NCBI GenBank assembly: GCA_965222615.1
Contig: CBDCUI010000009.1
Span: forward strand, 800,001-864,000
DNA length: 64,000 nucleotides
Direction of reading: 5' to 3'
Source: Gammaproteobacteria bacterium
Lineage (GTDB): Bacteria > Pseudomonadota > Gammaproteobacteria > UBA4575
A program made the position numbers and the translations under genes. Below the pieces are notes generated by a model. The model worked only from the letters and a program-made list of their open reading frames with translations, ran no database searches and was not told the DNA's origin. Below are positions 20,588 to 30,067 of the stretch, in pieces (positions within the stretch are counted from its first letter, which is position 1; the number at the start of each line of letters is the position of its first letter).

Positions 20588-21460
20588 GTGTCTCAAAATA
20601 TAGAAGAATACGATATTACATCCTGGGTTTCTGATATAGATGATGAAAACCAAAAAGAATTTAGACAAGCTGTACATACAATTTTAATTGCTATTGCTAA
20701 AAATGATGAATTAAAAGCTAGCATGATAATAAAAGGAGGGATTCTCCTTGCAGTCAGATACCACAGTCCAAGATTTACGACAGATATCGATTTTTCAACA
20801 AATGATAACCTAGATGAAGCTTATAGAAATAAGATATACGAATCCCTAAATACAAGCCTGAAGAAAGTTGTTGAATCACTCGATTATGGATTAGATTGTC
20901 AAGTTCAAAGTTGCAGAATACAACCTACAAACATACAGAATCCCACATTCCCGGAACTAAAAATAACTATAGGCTATGCATACAAAGGTTCTGATAAACA
21001 TCAAAGATTAATTGCAGGTCAATCTCCAGATATAGTTTCAATAGATTTCAGTTTTAATGAAGTAATCAATAAAATTGAACACATCACTTTGGACAATAAC
21101 TGTCAAATACAAGCGTATTCTATTACAGATGTTGTATCTGAAAAGTATAGATCAGTTTTACAACAAAAAGTAAGAAATCGTAATAGAAGACAAGATGTAT
21201 ACGATTTATTTTTAATCTTAAACAGTATTAAAACATTCAATGTAGAAGAAAAGAAATTAATTCTTACAAGTCTAATTTCAAAATCAGAAAATAAAGGGAT
21301 ATCGCCTAATCGACATTCCCTTAGAGATGAAGAGACAATAAAAAGAGCAAAACATGAATATTCGAGTCTTGAGTTTGAAATTAATGAAGAATTACCAGAA
21401 TTTGATAATTCTTACTCTACAGTTCGAGAGTTTTATGAGTCATTACCATGGAATAATTAA
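20588..21460 (+). CDS. abiEii: Type IV toxin, AbiEii/AbiGii-family nucleotidyltransferase
   Basis: IKGGILL...PRFTTDIDFS, EKYRSV, RRQDVYDL motifs of DUF1814 NTases. Confidence 0.88.
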   Translation: MSQNIEEYDITSWVSDIDDENQKEFRQAVHTILIAIAKNDELKASMIIKGGILLAVRYHSPRFTTDIDFSTNDNLDEAYRNKIYESLNTSLKKVVESLDYGLDCQVQSCRIQPTNIQNPTFPELKITIGYAYKGSDKHQRLIAGQSPDIVSIDFSFNEVINKIEHITLDNNCQIQAYSITDVVSEKYRSVLQQKVRNRNRRQDVYDLFLILNSIKTFNVEEKKLILTSLISKSENKGISPNRHSLRDEETIKRAKHEYSSLEFEINEELPEFDNSYSTVREFYESLPWNN

Positions 21461-21542
21461 TCAACATTTATTTATTGTTTAATGTGCACATTTTTTAATT
21501 TGTACCCCTTTATACTTTTCTGTTTTTCCCAATTAATATAAG

Positions 21543-21586
21543 GAATGGCTTCGCCATATTTAATTTGCGCATAATATCCATGCGCA
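21543..21586. repeat. 44-nt two-hairpin tRNA-linked repeat, copy 2
   Basis: gaatggcttcgccatatttaatttgcgcataatatccatgcgca. Confidence 0.78.
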
Positions 21587-21591
21587 CGTGC

Positions 21592-21708
21592 GGGCAGAGG
21601 GATTTACTCGAGCCATTCATGGAAAATATCATATTAAATGAGCGCATCCTCCCTGATGCGAAATCTCACTCGCGTATCCCTACACTCGCCAAACAAATTT
21701 GTGAACCC
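21592..21708 (-). pseudogene. Split tRNA-Pro-like remnant interrupted by a REP-like repeat
   Basis: gggcagagggattt (21592-21605) is identical to tRNA-Pro 28264-28277; gaaccc resumes at 21703; the intervening 21644-21687 matches the repeat at 62860-62902 in reverse. Confidence 0.55.
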
Positions 21709-21791
21709 TATTGTGGTTCCACTCCCCTCGACTCTGCGTCTTTAAAATAAAAGAGACCTCACTTTGAGTGAATAATTATTATATTGATAAT

Positions 21792-21835
21792 GAATGGCTT
21801 CGCCATACTTAACTTGCGTGTAGTACCTACACGCA
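21792..21835. repeat. 44-nt two-hairpin tRNA-linked repeat, copy 3
   Basis: gaatggcttcgccatacttaacttgcgtgtagtacctacacgca, followed by tggtc (complement of the tRNA-Pro 3' end GACCA) at 21840. Confidence 0.78.
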
Positions 21836-22160
21836 AAGGTGGTCTGCATTAACGTGATTACTGCACCCAGAGCACTAAGTGCCTGAATTAAAAGCATTCT
21901 TTTTTAATCTGAAAGGACCCCCCTGGGGGCAAATTTGCCTCCATAGATACACAAATAGTGGGTCCCAGAGTCTAAAAATTTTTAATATTTTTGAAATTTT
22001 TAATATAACTATATATCCCTATTATTTATAGGGTTTACAGTTATGATAAACAGAACTCTAAAATTTGATATGAACTATAGAGGATCAGATTTATTCCATA
22101 AATCAGAATAAGAATATATCTCAATCAATGAAGTTGGTATTTATCACCAATTTTATGCTT

Positions 22161-22964
22161 TTACCCTGCACTTCTAAAAACAATAAATGTAGCATCATCT
22201 TTATGATCTAGATTTTCAGCAATTTTAAAAAATTTATTAGACAATAAATTAGCTGCTTTTTTTAAGGGTCCAGATTTTATAAGTTTTAGACACTCATCAA
22301 GTGGTATCAAATCCGTTATACCGTCACTACACATAAACAAAGTGTCTGACTTTTTAAGTTCAATTTCTGGACCTATTTCAATATGCATGTCCGTATTACC
22401 TACTAAGTGAAACACTTCATGTGAAATTTCTGAATCCAAATGCTCTTCTGTAACGAGCTCAGATCGAAGTGCATACCCTAATGGCGAGTGTTCCGTATTA
22501 CGATAAATAAGTTTTCCTCGTTGTCCAGTAATCGCAATCACAGAATCACCCACATGAAAGGGTCTGCATCGATTTTCTTCGATGGAAACAATACACGCTG
22601 TTGCGCCTGCACCGGTTTTCAACTCCATCACAGATTTATTCGCAAATTCAATTGCATTTAAGATCGATGCGCGAATTATTTGATCTTCGTTAGAGTCATG
22701 TAGCAGTTCTTTCTTTAATTCATTAATAACGATTTGTGAGGCTTGTTGCCCACCTAACTGTCCACCTGCTCCATCGGATAATCCAAGTACTAGCTCGTGG
22801 TGATTTAAAGGTATCAGAATAGCGCTATCTTGATTGTCCTCTGCAATGTTCGAGGAAGGAAAACTAAATGCAGCAACTTCACCCGCGCTAAATAGGCTAA
22901 TTTCAGGCTTTTTAAGCAGTGATGATTTGTATACAACCGTGCTGTTTGCTAATTCATTCATCAT
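22161..22964 (-). CDS. PP2C-family Ser/Thr protein phosphatase
   Basis: NQDS, LSDGAGG, HVGDS, MCSDGITD, KDDAT motifs. Confidence 0.88.
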   Translation of the reverse strand: MMNELANSTVVYKSSLLKKPEISLFSAGEVAAFSFPSSNIAEDNQDSAILIPLNHHELVLGLSDGAGGQLGGQQASQIVINELKKELLHDSNEDQIIRASILNAIEFANKSVMELKTGAGATACIVSIEENRCRPFHVGDSVIAITGQRGKLIYRNTEHSPLGYALRSELVTEEHLDSEISHEVFHLVGNTDMHIEIGPEIELKKSDTLFMCSDGITDLIPLDECLKLIKSGPLKKAANLLSNKFFKIAENLDHKDDATFIVFRSAG

Positions 22965-22988
22965 ACATCACTAGTTTTCAATACTTTT

Positions 22989-24365
22989 TTAAAACAACGG
23001 AAGCATAAGGGTCGCAATGCTCAGAACTAAAAAGAATCCACATAAATCGGTGATTGTTGTTAGTACAGGGCCTGATGCCACCGCTGGATCCACATTAATC
23101 CATCGTAATAAAAGCGGTACTGTACCACCGATTGACACTGCTACAAGCGTATTGAGTGCAAGTGCAACACCCACGACAAAACTTAAAACTAAATTGCTTT
23201 GCCATAAATAGGCAACGATACCAAGCAAAATTCCTAAAGCAACGCCGTTAATTAAGCCCACTTTCGCTTCTTTGAACCATACGTGTAATACATCTAGAGG
23301 TTTGACGAGCCCTAATGAAAGTTCTCGCATACTTACTGCTACTGCCTGATTGCCGGAGCATCCACTCATATCCGAAACGATAGGTAAAAACACTGCTAAC
23401 GCAATAACAGCACTCAGAGTATCCGTAAACATCGCAATAACGCTTGCAGAGATTACGTTAAGGATAATATTTATACTTAACCAAGAAAGGCGGCGTCGGG
23501 AACGAGTTGCAGTAGGCATACTCCTCGTTTCTTCACCTACAACAATACCTTTAGATTTTAGCTGTGCTATATCAGCACGCTCTGCAATTGCACGTAAAAC
23601 ATCTTGTCGCCTAACGACGCCTACTAATCGACTTGCATCATCGACAACTGGAACACCATAAAAATCATGCGCATCAAATAATTCTTTAAGTTCATCTAAT
23701 GAAGAGGATAATTGAACATAAACTGGGGTTATTAATATCTCTTTTAAAGCTGTTTCTCTTGATACCAATAACAGTTTTCGCGAACTTACAACGCCCAGTA
23801 ATTTATTTTTTTCCGAAGTTACGTAAAAGTTCGCCTCAAACTCTGATCGATCTTTCGTTGTTTGTTGGAGAAAATTTATAACATCATTGACTTGTGAAAA
23901 CTCTTTGAAGGAAACATATTCTGTAACCATCAAGCCGCCTGCCTCATCATCCGGAAATGTTGCAAGCTCTCGAACTTCAGCCGCTTCTGCAGGATCCATT
24001 TCTGCTAAAATTGCCTCGGCTTCGTCCACATCAAGATCACCAACAATATCAGCTTGTTCATGACTTTCCATTTCTTCTAAGATGGAGGCCGCATCTTTTG
24101 AAGGAAGCTGCTCCACTAAATCAGCTGCTTGTTCATCCGGGACATCAAGGATAATCTCCGCAGCATCTATAGGAGCTAAACTGGATAATAGTTTTTGCTG
24201 ATCTTCATTACTTAATCGACTAAACACCCGCAGTGTTTCATCTGATTCAAGACTATTTAAGAATGCACTTGTTTCATGAACATTACTTGCCATGATAAGT
24301 TCATGTAGTTTTTCCCACGGTTCGATTGATTTTTCACTACTAAAATTTTCATGCATATCAGACAT
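22989..24365 (-). CDS. mgtE: Magnesium transporter MgtE
   Basis: Acidic N domain, AGGLM plus CBS pair, TM domain with DMSGCSGNQ and DPAVASGPVLTTITD. Confidence 0.93.
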   Translation of the reverse strand: MSDMHENFSSEKSIEPWEKLHELIMASNVHETSAFLNSLESDETLRVFSRLSNEDQQKLLSSLAPIDAAEIILDVPDEQAADLVEQLPSKDAASILEEMESHEQADIVGDLDVDEAEAILAEMDPAEAAEVRELATFPDDEAGGLMVTEYVSFKEFSQVNDVINFLQQTTKDRSEFEANFYVTSEKNKLLGVVSSRKLLLVSRETALKEILITPVYVQLSSSLDELKELFDAHDFYGVPVVDDASRLVGVVRRQDVLRAIAERADIAQLKSKGIVVGEETRSMPTATRSRRRLSWLSINIILNVISASVIAMFTDTLSAVIALAVFLPIVSDMSGCSGNQAVAVSMRELSLGLVKPLDVLHVWFKEAKVGLINGVALGILLGIVAYLWQSNLVLSFVVGVALALNTLVAVSIGGTVPLLLRWINVDPAVASGPVLTTITDLCGFFLVLSIATLMLPLF

Positions 24366-24456
24366 TTTCTTGTACCTAAAATATTTATCTATTTAAAGAT
24401 GTATTACATTCTTGAAAAAATTATTAAATTTACTTCACACATAAATTCATATAAAT

Positions 24457-24479
24457 AAAAAAGGCTGCATCTGCAGCCC
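24457..24479 (-). terminator. Intrinsic terminator downstream of the rimK operon
   Basis: Minus strand ggctgca-ga-tgcagcc followed by a T run. Confidence 0.6.
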
Positions 24480-24510
24480 AATTTTTAAATGCAAAGTTAT
24501 GCACATCAGC

Positions 24511-25524
24511 TTATGTTGTTTGCACAAATTCATAGTTATCAAGACTTTCTACAACTTTCTCAACATTTCTAAAGTATGCAATGTGATACAGTGGATCACC
24601 TTCATATACAAGTGGAATGTTTGACTTACCAATTACAATCCCATCGTCAGGAGCTAATACATTTACTGGGCTAAATGATCCACTAACATCTTCTACACTT
24701 CCTATAATTTGATTTTTTAGGATTTGTTTTCCTAATCGAGTTTTTGATCTAAAGATCCCGCTTATTGGGGCACGCATCCAGCTACTCGTCTTTGCAATCT
24801 GAGGTTCAGCTATATTTGACTTATTTTTTTGTGGCAAATCTATCATACCAAGATGCTTCATGACCCTTAGTATTCCACTTATCCCTGCTTTAATGTTTGC
24901 TTCATTGAAACGCATCGCTTCACCTGCTTCATATACTAGTACATGCACATTACTCGCACGTGCAGCTTCACGTAATGAGCCATCACGCAACTTAGAATTA
25001 ACGATCACGGGCACACCAAATGATATTGCTAAATCTTTCGTTTCACTGTCACTTAAATCCGCGCGAATTTGAGGTAAGTTATCGCGATTTAATGCAGCGG
25101 TATGTAAATCGATACCATGAGTACAATTAGCAACGATTTCATTCATAAATAAATTTGCAAGACGAGCTGCCAAAGATCCTTGTGAAGATCCAGGAAAACT
25201 ACGATTTAAATCACGACGATCAGGTAAATAACGCGAGTGCTGCAACATCCCGTAAACATTTACTACTGGAACAGCAATCAAGGTGCCCATAAGTTTTTTC
25301 ACAGAAATTCGTTTAATAAGTCGCCTTACAATTTCTACGCCATTTAGTTCATCTCCATGAATCGCAGCACTTACAAATAATTTAGGCCCATCTTCCCCGC
25401 CACGAATGACATGTACAGGCATAGTCAGTGGTGCGTTTGTATATAAAGGTGGGAGCTCAAGTTGCAATATTGTACTTGTAGCCGGTTTAATAACTATATT
25501 CGACAGTGTTAATTCTTCACTCAA
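24511..25524 (-). CDS. Succinylglutamate desuccinylase/aspartoacylase (M14) family protein
   Basis: AAIHGDELNG, DLNRSFPG, DLHT, YEAGE motifs; usual rimK neighbour. Confidence 0.9.
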   Translation of the reverse strand: MSEELTLSNIVIKPATSTILQLELPPLYTNAPLTMPVHVIRGGEDGPKLFVSAAIHGDELNGVEIVRRLIKRISVKKLMGTLIAVPVVNVYGMLQHSRYLPDRRDLNRSFPGSSQGSLAARLANLFMNEIVANCTHGIDLHTAALNRDNLPQIRADLSDSETKDLAISFGVPVIVNSKLRDGSLREAARASNVHVLVYEAGEAMRFNEANIKAGISGILRVMKHLGMIDLPQKNKSNIAEPQIAKTSSWMRAPISGIFRSKTRLGKQILKNQIIGSVEDVSGSFSPVNVLAPDDGIVIGKSNIPLVYEGDPLYHIAYFRNVEKVVESLDNYEFVQTT

Positions 25525-25570
25525 TTTATTTCAATACCTAGTAGGAAAAAATTTGAGACATTTGACTCTA

Positions 25571-26479
25571 TTAGCCTTTTCCACGTGTTCGTGTTCTATT
25601 TGGTCTAGCATTTTTCTCAATAAATTCGATAATCATCCCTGCAACGTCTTTTTGAGTAGCTTTCTCTATTCCCTCGAGTCCGGGTGAAGAATTCACTTCC
25701 ATTATTACAGGTCCACGATCAGAACGAAGTAAATCGACTCCCGCGACATTTAATCCCATTTTTTTTGCTGCTTTTATAGCAGTAGCTCTTTCTTGTGGAG
25801 TTAATTTCACAAGTGTTGCTGTACCACCTCGATGTAGATTTGAACGAAACTCACCTTCAGATGCTTGGCGCATCATTGCAGCAACGACCTTTTCACCTAT
25901 AACAAAGGCACGTATATCTGCACCACCCGCTTCTTTAATAAACTCTTGTACCAAAAAATTAGCGCCAAGTTGTCGAAATGCATCGATAATCGTTTCTGCG
26001 GCTTTCTGAGTTTCGGCTAGAACAATACCTTTTCCCTGTGTACCCTCAATTAGCTTTACAACCAACGGGGCACCATTCACTAAACTAATCAGATCTTTTG
26101 TATTTTTCGTAGAATTAGCAAAACCTGTTAGTGGCAACCCAACACCTGCACGTGCGAGAATTTGTAATGAGCGTAATTTGTCTCTAGAACGTGTAATTGC
26201 GATCGATTCATTTAGCGGATACGTTCCCATCATTTCAAATTGGCGTACGACCGCACAGCCATAAAAAGTGATTGAGGCACCAATCCGTGGAATAACTGCA
26301 TCAAACCGAGGTAACTCTTTACCTTTTAAATGAACGCATGGTTTATCAGTAGCGATGTCCATATAACAATCGACTGTATTTACAATCTCAATGTTATGTT
26401 GGCGTTCTTTTGCTGCTTCAATGAGTCGCTTATTTGAATATAACCTGTCTCCACCTTTAGTTAGTAATGCAATATTCAT
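25571..26479 (-). CDS. rimK: Ribosomal protein S6--L-glutamate ligase (ATP-grasp)
   Basis: [44 protein letters not shown]. Confidence 0.95.
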   Translation of the reverse strand: MNIALLTKGGDRLYSNKRLIEAAKERQHNIEIVNTVDCYMDIATDKPCVHLKGKELPRFDAVIPRIGASITFYGCAVVRQFEMMGTYPLNESIAITRSRDKLRSLQILARAGVGLPLTGFANSTKNTKDLISLVNGAPLVVKLIEGTQGKGIVLAETQKAAETIIDAFRQLGANFLVQEFIKEAGGADIRAFVIGEKVVAAMMRQASEGEFRSNLHRGGTATLVKLTPQERATAIKAAKKMGLNVAGVDLLRSDRGPVIMEVNSSPGLEGIEKATQKDVAGMIIEFIEKNARPNRTRTRGKG

Positions 26480-26483
26480 ATTT

Positions 26484-26936
26484 TTAATTTAGCCATTTTT
26501 TACCAATTAAATAGGAACGTGCAGGATTAACAATAAACCGGTTCTTAATAGCTTCACGACCCAGTAACATTCTAAACAACATGTTTTCTCTATCTGTGAG
26601 TGTAATTTCAGCATTCCACTCAAAATGGCCCAATTTAATGGGGGTTTCAATTACATATCTTTTTTCACGATGGCCACCGGAGTCTGTGACCGTTCTTGTG
26701 TCTAAGACCTTGCTTTTACATTCTACAATTTTGGTTTTATTTCGTTGTAGTGGATGGAGTCCAAACTTTACAAATAACTGCCCTTTATTATTATGGTATG
26801 GCTCAATGTAGAATGCATGTAAAGCAGAAGTCCTTGCACCCGTATCAACTTTACATTTAATTTTATCAATACCAAGTTTAGGTAAAGAAATCCATTCGCG
26901 CCAACCAATTAAATTATCAGGATTATTTTTCTTCAT
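26484..26936 (-). CDS. RimK-associated putative protease (RimB-like, retropepsin-type DTG motif)
   Basis: [34 protein letters not shown]. Confidence 0.9.
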   Translation of the reverse strand: MKKNNPDNLIGWREWISLPKLGIDKIKCKVDTGARTSALHAFYIEPYHNNKGQLFVKFGLHPLQRNKTKIVECKSKVLDTRTVTDSGGHREKRYVIETPIKLGHFEWNAEITLTDRENMLFRMLLGREAIKNRFIVNPARSYLIGKKWLN

Positions 26937-26986
26937 AGACTGCTACAAGATATATTAATTTATGTAAAAAGGTGACTATTTATATC

Positions 26987-27127
26987 TTATATTGCAAAAT
27001 CTTGTTCAAATTGTTCATCTAATAAATCGAGTTCGTATGATTCTAACTCATATAAAATATCATCAAATTCGTCTTCGTCTTCGTCTTTACTAGGACAAAG
27101 CACTATTTTGTTTTTTTTACTTCCCAT
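26987..27127 (-). CDS. Unannotated 46-aa acidic microprotein (MGSKKNKIVLCPSKDEDEDEFDDILYELESYELDLLDEQFEQDFAI)
   Basis: Manually translated ATG..TAA ORF with TAAGG just upstream; fills the gap between the RRM gene and the rimB-like gene, same strand; below the ORF track cutoff. Confidence 0.55.
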   Translation of the reverse strand: MGSKKNKIVLCPSKDEDEDEFDDILYELESYELDLLDEQFEQDFAI

Positions 27128-27145
27128 GCCTTACTATACTTAGAG

Positions 27146-27379
27146 CTAGTGAGTTTTATAAATACGTAGAGTTCTAAAATCAATTTCATGACCGTTGAGT
27201 CTTACCATTGCAAGTTCTCCGGACTCATCTGACATTTCAACTGTACCCATGCCACGAGATTTCCCAGTATCCCAATCAGTAATCACTGTTGCATTGATCA
27301 CTTCGCCTACAGAGCAAAACAGTTCTTTCAAGTCAAAATCCGTAAAAACATAAGGAATGTTTTCAATTAATAGTTTCAT
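27146..27379 (-). CDS. RRM/RNP-type RNA-binding protein
   Basis: LLIENIPY (RNP2-like), TGKSRGMGTVEM (RNP1-like), LNGHEIDFRTLRI; AGGAG RBS. Confidence 0.85.
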   Translation of the reverse strand: MKLLIENIPYVFTDFDLKELFCSVGEVINATVITDWDTGKSRGMGTVEMSDESGELAMVRLNGHEIDFRTLRIYKTH

Positions 27380-27812
27380 TGCATCCGTCTCCTAGCTCAA
27401 TAATAGAGCTTTTGTGTGCGCATTTTTTTAGTATGCACAATCCGTAACTTCCAAAGAAGCATTTTCTAAGGAACCTATGAATTAGAAGCGACTACAGATT
27501 TCTGGCTGAAAACCTCAGGAAGAATATCGGAGTGAGGGCCCTAATTTGAGTGGAGAATACTCTTGAAATAACTCAAACGCGAGAAATTTTAAAAAGAACA
27601 GGTTCACAATTTTGAGTAAAAAAACTGGGTCAACTAGCTACTTAATTTTTTAAATTATTAATTAAAAAAACGTCAAATTTAGCTCCGTTTCTGAACCAAA
27701 ACTGCTCCTCTAAGTAGATATATACGAGGCCAAAAGTTAGGAGGATTATCCGCGCGCCTTTAGTAATTAGAGGCCTATTTTTAACTTGTTTTATTTGAAA
27801 GGATGAGTTGTT

Positions 27813-28064
27813 ATGAGCTATGGGTCTAATACTAAAAAAGTATTTCAGAAAATGCTTGAAAGAGCTTGTAAGGATAGCGTAGTCACACCAAAAGAGTTGT
27901 TACGCGAACTGGTAAGTTCAGGCTACAAAAATATTTATGATATGGAAATCACACTTGATGAATTAAAATCAATTTGTGAAGATCTTGAAGATAGTAAAGA
28001 AATTGAAGAACTCCACAGCCATAAAGCTGGAGTTAAATCAAACTTTGATTCTATGGAAATTTAA
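27813..28064 (+). CDS. Hypothetical protein
   Basis: 83-aa ORF with AAGGA RBS; no recognised motif. Confidence 0.55.
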   Translation: MSYGSNTKKVFQKMLERACKDSVVTPKELLRELVSSGYKNIYDMEITLDELKSICEDLEDSKEIEELHSHKAGVKSNFDSMEI

Positions 28065-28257
28065 TGTGGTACATCAATCAGAGGAAAGACTACGTACCAT
28101 TATCCCAGTCTAAATTTAGTTAGATTGAATCTCCCCATTTTGGACACACTGGTAGCAGCGTGGGAGCACTTACTAGAAATCAATGATTTAAACTACAAGA
28201 TAAACGTAGGAAACACTCTTAAATTCTTAATAATAAACGACGAAAGGTGTTGTAAAG

Positions 28258-28334
28258 TGGTCGGGGCAGAGGGATTTGAACCCCCGACCCTCTGCTCCCA
28301 AAGCAGATGCGCTACCAGACTGCGCTATGCCCCG
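28258..28334 (-). tRNA. tRNA-Pro(TGG)
   Basis: Revcomp CGGGGCATAGCGCAGTCTGG...TCTGCTTTGGGAGCAGA...GGTTCAAATCC...CCCCGACCA. Confidence 0.96.
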
Positions 28335-28562
28335 ATATTGAGTAGTGTATACGATATTTCGAGTGCGAATCATACGTTCTAGATGTTCTTTAGGTCAATG
28401 CCGCTTAACAGTCATTAATCGTGTTTGTATCCCGCAACCTAGAATTGATCCCGATTTTTTGCATACATTAGCTTGAGTTATTGATTGAAACTTTCATCCT
28501 TATTTACGGACAAATAACTGAAAAATAGATATCATTCAGCCACATTCAAAAACGGAGCAAAT

Positions 28563-29141
28563 ATGAATACTTTACTTAAGCGTTCTCTTCTGACTGTATT
28601 CATGGTTATTCTTATGACGACATCAAATGTACAAGCAGAAATGACGACTGTAATCATGGAAACGAACAAGGGTGCAATCACGATTGAACTCGATGGTGAC
28701 AAAGCACCGAATACGGTTGCTAATTTCTTAACCTATGTTAAAGAAGGATTTTATGACGGCACGATCTTTCACCGTGTCATATCAAATTTTATGATTCAAG
28801 GCGGTGGGTTCACCGAAGATATGTCTCAAAAAACCACCCATGATCCCATTAAAAACGAAGCCAATAATGGCCTAGGCAATGATACCGGAACCATTGCCAT
28901 GGCGCGCACTGGTGACCCTCATTCTGCGACTGCGCAATTTTTTATTAACGTAAAAGACAATGATTTTCTAAATTTCAGTAGTGAAACTTCTCAAGGTTGG
29001 GGCTATGCTGTGTTTGGCAAAGTCACTGAAGGCATGGACGTTGTCAATGCGATTAAAGATGTTGCCACAACAACTAAAGGCCCTTACCAAGATGTGCCTG
29101 CTGAGACGGTAAGGATTGAAAAAGTCATGGTTGTCGAATAA
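28563..29141 (+). CDS. ppiB: Cyclophilin-type peptidyl-prolyl isomerase (in the ppiB position before lpxH, but with a signal-peptide-like N-terminus)
   Basis: [42 protein letters not shown]. Confidence 0.88.
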   Translation: MNTLLKRSLLTVFMVILMTTSNVQAEMTTVIMETNKGAITIELDGDKAPNTVANFLTYVKEGFYDGTIFHRVISNFMIQGGGFTEDMSQKTTHDPIKNEANNGLGNDTGTIAMARTGDPHSATAQFFINVKDNDFLNFSSETSQGWGYAVFGKVTEGMDVVNAIKDVATTTKGPYQDVPAETVRIEKVMVVE

Positions 29142-29153
29142 GCACATGGTGTA

Positions 29154-29876
29154 ATGCCACAAACTCTTTTTGTTTCAGATTTACACTTAGATAACAAAAG
29201 GCCGCATATCGTTGCGGCCTTTTGTCGTTTTCTGAATGAGATTACTGATGCCGATGCACTCTATATACTAGGTGATCTATTTGAATTCTGGATTGGAGAT
29301 GACGATCCAGCACTCGGCCTCGAATCTGTTATTGAAGCCTTAAAAAATTTAAGCGGCTCTGGTGTTCCCATCCATTTTATCCATGGTAATCGAGACTTTT
29401 TATTAGGCAAGAAATTTGCAAACAATACCAACTGCAAAATCCTTCCAGAAGAAGCGATTATCGACTTATATGGAACCCCTACTCTGATTATGCATGGAGA
29501 TACATTGTGTACTGATGATATTGCTTACCAAAAATATCGAGCCAAAGCCCGTAACAAGTGGATTCAAAAAACTTTATTACTGTTAAGCGTAAAGCAACGG
29601 CTTAAAATTGCCGAAAGACTGAGAAATAAAAGCATCTCTGCCACTCAAGGCAAGCACCCTGAGATCATGGATGTCAATCAGAATACAGTTGAACAAATTA
29701 TGCTTTCGCATAATGTACAGCATTTGATTCATGGACATACACATCGACCTGCTATTCACAATTTCACCATCAATAATCAAGAATATAAGCGTATTGTATT
29801 AGGTGATTGGTATGAACAAGGCAGCGTACTAAGATGCACACCAGATAGCATGACACTAGAGACAATAAACGCTTAA
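29154..29876 (+). CDS. lpxH: UDP-2,3-diacylglucosamine diphosphatase
   Basis: SDLHL, LGDLFEFWIGDD, GNRDFLLG, HGDTLCTDD, HGHTHRP, LGDW. Confidence 0.96.
   Translation: MPQTLFVSDLHLDNKRPHIVAAFCRFLNEITDADALYILGDLFEFWIGDDDPALGLESVIEALKNLSGSGVPIHFIHGNRDFLLGKKFANNTNCKILPEEAIIDLYGTPTLIMHGDTLCTDDIAYQKYRAKARNKWIQKTLLLLSVKQRLKIAERLRNKSISATQGKHPEIMDVNQNTVEQIMLSHNVQHLIHGHTHRPAIHNFTINNQEYKRIVLGDWYEQGSVLRCTPDSMTLETINA
29194..29225 (+). terminator. Terminator-like hairpin inside the 5' end of lpxH
   Basis: acaaaaggccgca-tatcgt-tgcggccttttgt, perfect 13-bp arms, T-rich tail. Confidence 0.5.
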
Positions 29877-29901
29877 ATGCCCGTATCGACCCAAAGTTAC
29901 C
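29876..29901 (+). repeat. Short hairpin repeat copy R0 (degenerate)
   Basis: aatgcccgtatcgacccaaagttacc, begins at the lpxH stop codon; similar to R2. Confidence 0.45.
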
Positions 29902-30067
29902 ATTCAATTTATTACCTTTAATACGATAAACACCCCATATAAGCGTGACTCTGGTTTACTCATTCGATAAAACCAGGACCATATTAATCCATCATTACAT
30001 GTTTAATTTACTTGCGTAATAGGCGAGTTAATTGGGGATAATAAAGGATTAAATTATTAGCAAGATC

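Larger units (their letters stand above)
21840..28257. mobile_element. Probable decayed genomic island at the tRNA-Pro 3' end (no integrase visible)
   Basis: AT-rich accessory genes between tRNA-Pro and tRNA-Pro-like remnants at 21592-21844. Confidence 0.5.

Noticed and set aside
21565-21750. 61-aa ORF (also 62591-62812 and 62667-62861)
   Set aside because: These run through non-coding repeat elements and have no protein-like features or RBS.
25571-27127. Graspetide (ATP-grasp RiPP) cluster with the acidic peptide as precursor
   Set aside because: The ligase has canonical RimK motifs and neighbours; the peptide lacks recognisable TxKxPSD or TTxxxxEE-type cores.
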